Shown one piece after another: positions 8,012-15,922 of a stretch of DNA of 64,000 bases; position 1 is the first letter of the stretch, and each line of letters opens with the position of its first letter. The position numbers and the translations under genes were made by a program. Below the pieces are notes generated by a model that was given only the letters and a program-made list of their open reading frames with translations, did no database searches and was not told the DNA's origin. The stretch is from Bryobacterales bacterium (lineage in GTDB: Bacteria; Acidobacteriota; Terriglobia; Bryobacterales; UBA6623), in contig CBDDCH010000002.1 of the NCBI GenBank assembly GCA_965226215.1, positions 2,517,228-2,581,227 on the forward strand, in the 5' to 3' direction.

Positions 8012-9388
8012 CTATCCGCCCGCCGACTCCGGTTCCCCGGTGTTACCCCCGCCGGGCGGCAACGCTGCTGCCGCGCCGTCGCCCATCTCCAAGTTTTCGA
8101 TCTTGTCGAAACGGCTCGTGATCTTGCCGGCTGAAGTGTGTACTTTATCGACGTCTTCGTGCGCGCGTCGAATGTTCGTCGCCAGGCTGTCCATGCGCGT
8201 CTGGAAGCGCTTGAAATCCGCCCCTAGCTTGGCGAGGTGTTCTTGGATGATATTGACTTGCTCGCGTGTTGCTGCATCCTTGAGGACGGCCGCCGCCGTG
8301 GTGAGAACCGCCCAAAGAGTCGTCGGCGAAACGATCCAGACTCTTGCCCCGTGGGCCTTGTCGACGAGCTCGGGGTGGCCGGAGTGGATTTCGGCAAACA
8401 CCGCCTCGGCGGGCACGAACATGAGAGCTGCGTCGGCGGTTTCGCCCGGGATGATGTACTTGGCCGCGATGTCGTCGATGTGGGCGGTGACATCTTTGGC
8501 AAATGTTTTTCTTGCGGCCTCACGCTCCGATTGCGGTAGGTCGGTGTTAGTCATTCGGCGGAAGTTTTCCAGCGGAAATTTGGAGTCAATCGGAACATGC
8601 CCGCTGGGCTCGGGGAGAAAGAGCATGCAGTCGACGATCTTGTCATTCGACAGCTTGTGCTGCATGCGGTAGCTCCGCTCGGGCAACACATTACGAATCA
8701 GCCCTTGCAGTTGAACCTCACCAAAGGTGCCCCGGGACGTGCGATCCGCCAAGATCTCCTGCAGGCTGACGACGCTAGTCGAGAGTTCGGTGATATTCTT
8801 CTGTGCCTCGTCGATCAAGGCCAGCCTCTTTTGAACTTCGGCGAAGGTGGCCGCTGTCTTCTCGAAACCTTCGGAAAGGCGCCTGTCAACGACCCCTCCG
8901 ATTTCGAGAAGCCGCTTGTCGGTCGATTCGGTCAACCCCTCCATGCGGCGGCCCAACTGGTCGGCATGGCGCGCGAGCGCGGTAGCGACTTGGTCTTGGA
9001 CCCGGTCAGCGCTGCTTTGGAGAGTTCCTTGCAGGCTCCGATAGCTTTCGGTATGCTGCCGCTCGAGACCCTCCCTCAGCTCACCGAAGCGCTCGGAGAG
9101 GGCCTCTTGCAACTGGTGAGCCGCCTGCTGCTGGTCCTGGCGGGTATGGGAGAGCTGTTCACGCATATCTTGGTCCAAACGCCGCACGACTTCTTCGCTG
9201 TCGCGCGCTCGCCCACTCAGTTGCGCCGCCAAGGCGTCGCCGCGCTTGCCTTGCTCCTCGAGCCGGGTGTCCAGTCGGACGGAAGATCTCTCCATGTCCC
9301 GCTGACGCGTCAGTAAGTAGAAGACAAGCGCACTTACAACAAGCAGGGGGATCAGCGCGATGGCAATGATCGTCAGCTCGGTCATCAT
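8012..9388 (-). CDS. rmuC: DNA recombination protein RmuC
   Basis: It has an N-terminal TM helix, a long coiled coil, and a C-terminal RmuC nuclease-like region (...VDCMLFLPEPSGHVPIDSKFPLENFRRM...YIIPGETADAALMFVPAEAVF...). The start is set at ATGATG 9388, because codons upstream of it are part of a repeat element. Confidence 0.85.
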   Translation of the reverse strand: MMTELTIIAIALIPLLVVSALVFYLLTRQRDMERSSVRLDTRLEEQGKRGDALAAQLSGRARDSEEVVRRLDQDMREQLSHTRQDQQQAAHQLQEALSERFGELREGLERQHTESYRSLQGTLQSSADRVQDQVATALARHADQLGRRMEGLTESTDKRLLEIGGVVDRRLSEGFEKTAATFAEVQKRLALIDEAQKNITELSTSVVSLQEILADRTSRGTFGEVQLQGLIRNVLPERSYRMQHKLSNDKIVDCMLFLPEPSGHVPIDSKFPLENFRRMTNTDLPQSEREAARKTFAKDVTAHIDDIAAKYIIPGETADAALMFVPAEAVFAEIHSGHPELVDKAHGARVWIVSPTTLWAVLTTAAAVLKDAATREQVNIIQEHLAKLGADFKRFQTRMDSLATNIRRAHEDVDKVHTSAGKITSRFDKIENLEMGDGAAAALPPGGGNTGEPESAGG

Positions 9389-9397
9389 GGTACCGCG

Positions 9398-9519
9398 GAA
9401 AAATCGGGTACAGCCAGCCAATTCGCTTCAGGTTAAGTGCTTTGTTTCCAGGGCCATAACGGGAGTGAATTCGTGGCAGTCCCCGATTTTTCTCTCCCGC
9501 ACGACTTTCGCCACGGGCT
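9398..9519. repeat. 122-bp repeat element, family B, copy 1
   Basis: By eye most positions match 58358-58479. It contains an internal 18-nt inverted repeat, GAAAAATCGGGTACAGCC ... GGCAGTCCCCGATTTTTC. Confidence 0.8.
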
Positions 9520-9565
9520 GTTAGGACTGCGAGAAGAGCGGACGACTCTCGCCCTCCGCCGGGCT

Positions 9566-12500
9566 TCAATCCTCGAACAGAGTGGGACTCGGTTCCAACC
9601 GCGCGAGCAAAAATTCCCGACGACGAAGTAACTCGGAGAACGCCTCGACTTCGACCGGAGGACTGATGACGTGACCTTGTACTTCATCGCACTTCCGGCT
9701 TTGTAGAAACTTCATCTGTTCCGGCGTCTCGACTCCCTCGCCGATCACCTTCAGTTCCAGGCTATGGGCCAGCAAGATCAGTCCCGTGGCGATCGCCGCG
9801 TCAGCCGCATCGGTAGTGATTTCGCGTACGAAGCATTCGTCGATTTTCAAGGCGCTTATAGGGAAGCGACGAAGGTGCATCATCGAGGAGTAGCCTGTTC
9901 CGAAATCATCAAGCGAAATCTTGACGCCTTTGGTGTAAAGCTTGACGAGCGGCTTAATCGTCGCGTCAGCGTTGTCGAGAAGCGAGTTTTCGGTCAGCTC
10001 CAACTGAAGCAGCCAGGGGTCGAGCCCGGTGTCGACCAGCACTTCCGAGACGACGTCGAAAAAGTTGGGTTCCCGGAGTTGGCGGGGCGAGACGTTCACA
10101 CACGCGCGAATGGGAGGAAAGCCCTGGTTCTGCCAGTCCTTGGCCTGTTGGCAAACCGCCCTCAGTATCCACTCACTGATCGGAATGATCACGCCCGTCT
10201 CTTCCGCCACGGGAATGAATTCGCTGGGACGCAGCAGTCCTCTCTCGGGGTGCTGCCAGCGCAGCAGCGCCTCGCAGCCGGTAATCAAGCCCGAGGCCAG
10301 AGACACAATCGGCTGATAGTGAATGCGAAACTCTTTGCGCTCAAGCCCGCGCCGAAGAGACGTTTCCAGATGGAGCAGCTCACCGTCGCCGTTCGGCATG
10401 CCGCGATCGAAGATCTCATAACGGTCTTTGCCGAGAGCTTTCGCGCGATACATGGCCGAGTCAGCGCCACGCAAGAGGTCTTCCGCCTTTTGATGCCCGT
10501 CAGAGCTAAGTGCAATACCAATACTGGCGGCGGTGAAGACTTCCTGATCGCCAATCGTAAAGGGCTGCGATAACCCCAACTGGATCCGGTCGGCGATGCG
10601 GGTCGCTTCCTTCTCGTCTCGGAGACTCTCGAGCAAAATGGCAAACTCATCGCCGCCGAGCCGCGCGATTGTATCGCTAGGGCGCACACAGGTTTTGAGC
10701 CTCCGCGCCACCGATATCAGCAGTTGATCGCCCCCGGGATGACCCAGGCTGTCATTGACGACCTTGAAGCGGTCCAAATCAAGAAACAGCAGAGCGAACA
10801 GCTCTCCGTCGTTTTGGCGGGCCTTGCGGGTAGCGTTCTCGAGCCGGTCCATAAAGTACGTCCTATTAGCGAGGCCGGTCAGAGGATCATTAAAAGCCGC
10901 TTGCAGAAGCCTCCTTTCGGCCTGTTTGCGGGCAGTGATGTCTGTCTGGGCGCCGACCATGCGCACGGCCCGCCCGTCCTCGTCTCGAACCGCAAGACCT
11001 CGGTTCAGGACCCAGCGATAACTACCATCGGAGTGTAGGATCCGAAACTCAGCTTCGAAATGGGGAGACTGCCCTTCAAGATATTTGGCCACTCGGGCTT
11101 GGAGCGCACTGCGATCGTCCAGGTGCACACGATCGAACCAGTTCTCGGGACGATTTCCGATCTCGTCATCCGCGAATCCGAGAATGGCTTTCCAGCGGGG
11201 AGAAAATTGGATCTCGTTCTTCCGCAGATCCCAGTCCCACAGTCCGTCGTTGGCGGCCCGGGCGGTCAGATCGTATCGCTCCTGGCTCTGCTTCAGGGCA
11301 GCTTCGGTGCGGCAGCTCTCTGAGATATCGTTGACAATCGCGGTAGCCATCCAGCGATCGTCGGTGCCGGTCGCGGCACAGATGAGGTCAATGGGAAACT
11401 GCGTCCCATCTTTGCGTCGGCCGGCCTGGCGTGAGCGAAAGGATCGCGGGGATCCACCAGCGTCCCCATTTAGTTCAAGGATCGAGTCTCCCGACGAATT
11501 CTCGAAACACGAAGGCAAGAACGTTGCGATGGGGTAGTCAACAGCTTCCTCCGCCCGGTAGCCAAAGATCCTTTCTGCTCCCGGACTGAAGCGGCCGACA
11601 ATCCCCCGGCGGTCGAAAGTGATGATGCCCCCAGGGGAATGATCGGTGAGCACCTTGTTCAGCCCTTCACTCTCCCGCAACCGGCGGCCACTGACCAGGG
11701 CCCGCAGGCGCGACCTCGACCGACCCGTCTCGAGATTCCATACCACTCCGAATAACAGCACGCTGGCGGCCATCCCACCCAGCAAGATCTGAAGCGATCG
11801 GGTCGAATATCCAGCGAGGCCCAAGGCAGGACGTGAGCCGAATACCAGGGTCCAGGTCCGCCCCCCGACCTCGACTGGGATCATCTGCCGGAACCGGGTG
11901 CGCATTTCGGAGCCGCTCAAAGCCTGCGACCCGCGATGATCGTAAAGTAGCGCCGCCGGTTTGAGGTCCCGGCCATCAAATACCTGAAAGTCGAGCTGGG
12001 CCACGTGCGCCGCCACCTCCTTCATTAGCACCTTACTTCGAACAAAAGCGCCCAGCCAGCCTCGAACCGAAGACCGGCGCTGCTCGACCGTCCGCGGGGC
12101 CTCGTCTCCACGGGAAATGGGGGAAAAGGCCAGCAATCCTTGTTCCGAAGATTCCTCCTCCGCCTGCCGCCAGAGTACCGGCACGATCGTCATCGCGGCG
12201 GAATCGCGTGCTTGCTCAGCCGCCCTGCGTACGTCTTCCCAGGACGTTACCGACGACGTCAGAGGTCGCCAACCGGCCCGGCGCAACGAAGTAAGTCGAA
12301 CCGGAAAGCCCGCGCTTTGCGCCTCGCTCGGCGATCTGGAATCGGACCCCAAGCCGCTGGGGGCAAACCGCGGCTTGCCGCTTCCCCCTTTGCTGCCCGG
12401 TAGGTACTCCAAGAACGCGATGTCACCGAGTGCGGGAGACAGCTTGCCAAAATTAAATTGCCCTATGAAATCTACCCACCTGTCAGGCTGTGTCTCACCA

Positions 12501-12856
12501 AAGGTGCGGAAAGTGATTCCCAAGGCCCGCAGGGTGTCACTGTAGCGATCGACCCGGTCCAGTAAAGCGGCCTGCGTCCGCGCAACTTCCAGTTCGAAGC
12601 GTGCGCGGTCATGGGCGACCGTCTGCTCTTTCGCGGTGTACCAAGTCAGCCCCGTGGCTAGCAGTGCCGCCGCTAGCACCAACCAAGCAATGACAGGATC
12701 ACCCGCATGAGGCTCGCCACCCGCGGGTTCTCTGCCCCGACTCTCAGCTACAGCACGCCGAGCGATACGGACCGGTTCGCCCAGCAGCCGGAGATACTTC
12801 CTCCCGAGGCTGCGCAACGAGCCGGACTCTCCTCTTTGCGTCTTTTGCAAACCCAC
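9566..12856 (-). CDS. CHASE-domain sensor with two PAS domains, a GGDEF diguanylate cyclase domain and an EAL phosphodiesterase domain
   Basis: The 1096-aa ORF has an N-terminal TM helix and a periplasmic region. PAS-like blocks follow, then the GGDEF motif (ARLGGDEFAILL) and the EAL motif (CEALLRWQHPERG ... DDFGTGYSS). The start is a GTG and the exact start is uncertain. Confidence 0.9.
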   Translation of the reverse strand: MGLQKTQRGESGSLRSLGRKYLRLLGEPVRIARRAVAESRGREPAGGEPHAGDPVIAWLVLAAALLATGLTWYTAKEQTVAHDRARFELEVARTQAALLDRVDRYSDTLRALGITFRTFGETQPDRWVDFIGQFNFGKLSPALGDIAFLEYLPGSKGGSGKPRFAPSGLGSDSRSPSEAQSAGFPVRLTSLRRAGWRPLTSSVTSWEDVRRAAEQARDSAAMTIVPVLWRQAEEESSEQGLLAFSPISRGDEAPRTVEQRRSSVRGWLGAFVRSKVLMKEVAAHVAQLDFQVFDGRDLKPAALLYDHRGSQALSGSEMRTRFRQMIPVEVGGRTWTLVFGSRPALGLAGYSTRSLQILLGGMAASVLLFGVVWNLETGRSRSRLRALVSGRRLRESEGLNKVLTDHSPGGIITFDRRGIVGRFSPGAERIFGYRAEEAVDYPIATFLPSCFENSSGDSILELNGDAGGSPRSFRSRQAGRRKDGTQFPIDLICAATGTDDRWMATAIVNDISESCRTEAALKQSQERYDLTARAANDGLWDWDLRKNEIQFSPRWKAILGFADDEIGNRPENWFDRVHLDDRSALQARVAKYLEGQSPHFEAEFRILHSDGSYRWVLNRGLAVRDEDGRAVRMVGAQTDITARKQAERRLLQAAFNDPLTGLANRTYFMDRLENATRKARQNDGELFALLFLDLDRFKVVNDSLGHPGGDQLLISVARRLKTCVRPSDTIARLGGDEFAILLESLRDEKEATRIADRIQLGLSQPFTIGDQEVFTAASIGIALSSDGHQKAEDLLRGADSAMYRAKALGKDRYEIFDRGMPNGDGELLHLETSLRRGLERKEFRIHYQPIVSLASGLITGCEALLRWQHPERGLLRPSEFIPVAEETGVIIPISEWILRAVCQQAKDWQNQGFPPIRACVNVSPRQLREPNFFDVVSEVLVDTGLDPWLLQLELTENSLLDNADATIKPLVKLYTKGVKISLDDFGTGYSSMMHLRRFPISALKIDECFVREITTDAADAAIATGLILLAHSLELKVIGEGVETPEQMKFLQSRKCDEVQGHVISPPVEVEAFSELLRRREFLLARLEPSPTLFED

Positions 12857-12960
12857 GACCCATGCCTTCTTGCGAAGGCCAATATGCGCTGTTTAGCGCC
12901 TACCTTACCAGCTTGCTCCAAATTGGTTAGGTACCCTTACATAGTACTAAAATACTATGA

Positions 12961-13993
12961 AATGGGGTATCCACTTGACTCAGGTAACCCCAACATCTTG
13001 TGGTTGGGCTCACGGGGCCTCAGCGTCCCAGTCGGCGACGATCGATCGATACGGCGTTGGGTTCACGGCGACTGCCTGCTGCACAAGGCGGTAGAAGAGT
13101 TTTCCCCGGCTGCGTGAGTTGCGCCGGTTGAAGCGGAACACAAACTCGTCGAGGTAGTAGTCCAGATGCTCGTGGCTAACCGCGCCTTGGTGCGTGCCCA
13201 GCAGCCAGCGCTTGAGCAACGAGATCGCTTGGTGCACCCTCGGCAATAATTCCGAGGCCTGCTTGCGGCGGCCCGACAGAAAGACGATGCGATGCTGGTA
13301 GCCCTTCTTCTCCAGCGGCTCGTAGCCCAGCCAGCCGTCGGTGTGCACCACGCTTCCCGGCTCGACCGACTCCTCCACGAAGGGCATCAAACTGGCCGCC
13401 GATGCGTTCCGCACGCGCTGCATGCGGATCCGTCCTAGCCCGCGGCCTCTCTCTTCCGCGGCTACTGCAATCAAGGCTTTACGCTCGGTCTGCCGGCCGC
13501 TCACACCCTCTTCCTCAGCGCCCCAATAGGTCTCATCGACCTCGACTACGCCCGCCAATCGCTCCCGCCCCGGACGCACCATCGCTCGCCGCAGCTTGTG
13601 CATCCAGGTCCACGCGGTTTGATAGCTGCCCAACCCGAGAACGCGCTGCAGACCCAGCGCGCTGACCCCGTTCTTTTGCGAAGTGACGTGCCAGATCGCC
13701 CGGAACCACAGCCGCAGCGGCTTACGTGTGTCTTGGAAGATCGTGCCCGAGGTCACCGACGTCTGCCGCCCGCAGCGAGCGCATTCGAACCACACTTTGC
13801 GCACCGGCCAAGCCCGCTCATGCCCGCATCCCGGACAGCGGAAACCCTCCGGCCAGCGCAACGCGGACAGATAGTCGCGACAGGCCTCTTCGCTGGCGAA
13901 GCGTACCTCGAACTCGAGCAGGTCGCGTGGATAATCCTCCACGAAGGCGCATACTACATCTTGGGGTCACCTGAGTCAAGTGGATACCCCATT
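12961..13993 (-). mobile_element. IS1595-family insertion sequence (1033 bp) with an 8-bp target-site duplication
   Basis: The 33-bp terminal inverted repeats (AATGGGGTATCCACTTGACTCAGGTAACCCCAA versus the reverse complement of the right end) differ at one position. A direct repeat TACTATGA lies at 12953-12960 and 13994-14001. Confidence 0.9.
13010..13942 (-). CDS. IS1595-family (ISXO2-like) transposase
   Basis: It has an N-terminal zinc ribbon (CPGCGHERAW...FECARCGRQTS) and a DDE domain (VVEVDETYWG...VHTDGWLGY...). The 310-aa length is typical for the family. Confidence 0.9.
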   Translation of the reverse strand: MEDYPRDLLEFEVRFASEEACRDYLSALRWPEGFRCPGCGHERAWPVRKVWFECARCGRQTSVTSGTIFQDTRKPLRLWFRAIWHVTSQKNGVSALGLQRVLGLGSYQTAWTWMHKLRRAMVRPGRERLAGVVEVDETYWGAEEEGVSGRQTERKALIAVAAEERGRGLGRIRMQRVRNASAASLMPFVEESVEPGSVVHTDGWLGYEPLEKKGYQHRIVFLSGRRKQASELLPRVHQAISLLKRWLLGTHQGAVSHEHLDYYLDEFVFRFNRRNSRSRGKLFYRLVQQAVAVNPTPYRSIVADWDAEAP

Positions 13994-14040
13994 TACTATG
14001 AAAGTTACCCAGTGGTACAAAAAAGTACTAGGCAAAATTA

Positions 14041-14104
14041 GGGGATTGTATACGAAAGTGGCGAAGATGTCAAGCGTTTTCGCCACTTTCGTATATAATC
14101 CCCC
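14041..14104. repeat. long near-perfect inverted repeat (25-bp arms, 13-nt loop), a possible terminator or protein-binding site
   Basis: GGGGATTGTATACGAAAGTGGCGAA-gatgtcaagcgtt-TTCGCCACTTTCGTATATAATCCCC, with one mismatch in 25. On the minus strand it is followed by TAATTTT. It lies in a visibly AT-rich stretch. Confidence 0.7.
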
Positions 14105-14145
14105 AAAATTAGAGCTTCGCTCGATGTAATTTCGCCACTTGTGAT

Positions 14146-14175
14146 CCCCCCCCCCCCCCCCCCCCCCCAAAAAAA
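14146..14175. repeat. homopolymer C23 followed by A7
   Basis: Direct count gives C at 14146-14168 and A at 14169-14175. The tract is intergenic, 211 bp downstream of the SDR stop codon. Confidence 0.95.
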
Positions 14176-14385
14176 TTGCTGGGGTGTCAGTTAAGTCCTT
14201 TTGTTTCTACTTATTGCCGGCCAGCCGAGTTCCTCGGGGGTGAAGCTCGCCACTACTTCGGCTCTCGGAATCGTTCCAGCTTTGAATATTCCGTCCGGCG
14301 GGAGGCAGAACAGCTTGTGGGAGGGTGGAACTGGCCTCCCCAAAGACGGGTTTCCGGGCGGGACTCTGCCGCTGCAAGCGCGGCG

Positions 14386-15147
14386 CTACTGGGCCATCCA
14401 GCCGCCGTCGATGACAATGTCCGTCCCCGTGATGAAAGCCGCCTCGTCGGAGCAAAGAAACGCGGCCAGGGAACCGACCTCTTCCACTCGCCCCCAGCGA
14501 CCGAGGGGAACACGCGCGAGGAAGCGAGCGTTTTTTTCGGGATCTTCGATCAAGGGCTTGAGCATCTCCGTCGCGATGGGACCAGGGCTGATCCCGTTGG
14601 CGGTGATATTGTAAGGCGCCAGTTCGAGCGCCAGGCACTTGGTCAGGCCAAGCAGCCCCGCCTTGGTGGCGCTATAGGCGGTTCGATTCGGTAAAGAGAT
14701 GTGCGCCATGATGGACGTGATGTTGATGATTCGTCCGAACTTTTTCTTCCGCATACCGGGAACAAAAGTCTGGCACATCACGAACGGCGCGGTGAGGTTC
14801 GTATCAACGACCCGGTCCCAATCCTGTCGGGTGAATTCTTCAAGCGGTCTTCGGATATTGATTCCCGCGTTGTTGACCAAGATGTCACACGTGCCGAGCT
14901 TCCCACTCACCTGGCCGGCCACGCGCTCGATGGCGTTTTCGTCAGTGACATCGGCCGGGCATACCTCGACGCTGCCACCCTGTTCGCGAATCGCTGCCGC
15001 GACCTCTTGCAGCCGTCTCTGATTTCTTGCCAACAGCGCAACGGCCGCACCCGCCGCGGCAAGAGACTCCGCGATTTGCCGACCGATTCCGCTACTGGCG
15101 CCCGTGATGACAGCTACCCGACCTTCGAGAAGGGATGGACTCAACAC
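14386..15147 (-). CDS. SDR-family oxidoreductase (FabG/gluconate-5-dehydrogenase-like)
   Basis: It carries TGASSGIGR (cofactor motif), NNAG, and the YSATKAG catalytic motif. The 253-aa length fits the family. Confidence 0.85.
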   Translation of the reverse strand: MLSPSLLEGRVAVITGASSGIGRQIAESLAAAGAAVALLARNQRRLQEVAAAIREQGGSVEVCPADVTDENAIERVAGQVSGKLGTCDILVNNAGINIRRPLEEFTRQDWDRVVDTNLTAPFVMCQTFVPGMRKKKFGRIINITSIMAHISLPNRTAYSATKAGLLGLTKCLALELAPYNITANGISPGPIATEMLKPLIEDPEKNARFLARVPLGRWGRVEEVGSLAAFLCSDEAAFITGTDIVIDGGWMAQ

Positions 15148-15367
15148 AACCTCCTTGCCGGCGATGACCGAATGTATACCACAAAGCCCGGAGGCGTGCT
15201 CCGCATTGTCAAGAAGGGGCCCTCAAAGAGCGGTCCGGATCTAAAGCTGCGCGGATCGACGAGCATTGCTCCGCGGCAGGCAGCAGCTTCTACTCAGAAG
15301 CGGGGCAATTGGCGAGTGGCACGGGCTGCGGCCCTTTGAAGGGATCTCCCTGGGCTGGTGTGCTTTC

Positions 15368-15919
15368 TCATGGGCCGCAGAGCACCTTGGCCGCCAGGAT
15401 CGCGAACAGGAGGCCGAAGGCGATCAAAGTCCTCGGCTCACGGTTTCTCATGTAAAGGGAAAGGCGGAATCCGTCGGCGCCCCGGCGCTGGAACAGTTGC
15501 ACAGGCAAAAACCTCGCCACCCGCTTCTCGTAGGCGGCGTATCCATCGAAGGTCTCGCACAGGTAGCGTTCCTCCTCCTCAATGACGGGCAAGTAGAAGA
15601 GAACAAAGAACACTGCCGCGACCAGGGCGATGCCAACATGGGAACCGGCCACGGCACACCCGGCGGCTGAGATGAGTGTGCCCAGATAGAGCGGATTCCT
15701 GGTATAGGCGTAGGGACCCGAAGTCGTCAGTTCCTCATACTTGGTCAGGTGTCCGGCCGCCCAGGCTCTTAGGAGTAAACCGAGCAGCGCAATAAGACCA
15801 CCGATACCCAGCGATTGCCAAGACGGGCGGGCTATGACCAGAAACGCAACAGCGAAGACAGCGCCGGCCGGCACGCGGGTGCGAGCAGCGATTTCCGCGT
15901 ACCGCTTGGGAAAAGCCAT
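15368..15919 (-). CDS. isoprenylcysteine carboxyl / phospholipid methyltransferase-family membrane protein
   Basis: It is a polytopic protein with ...LTTSGPYAYTRNPLYLGTLISAAG... and ...EEEERYLCETFDGYAAYEKRV..., motifs typical of ICMT/PEMT-like proteins. Confidence 0.7.
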   Translation of the reverse strand: MAFPKRYAEIAARTRVPAGAVFAVAFLVIARPSWQSLGIGGLIALLGLLLRAWAAGHLTKYEELTTSGPYAYTRNPLYLGTLISAAGCAVAGSHVGIALVAAVFFVLFYLPVIEEEERYLCETFDGYAAYEKRVARFLPVQLFQRRGADGFRLSLYMRNREPRTLIAFGLLFAILAAKVLCGP

Positions 15920-15922
15920 TGC

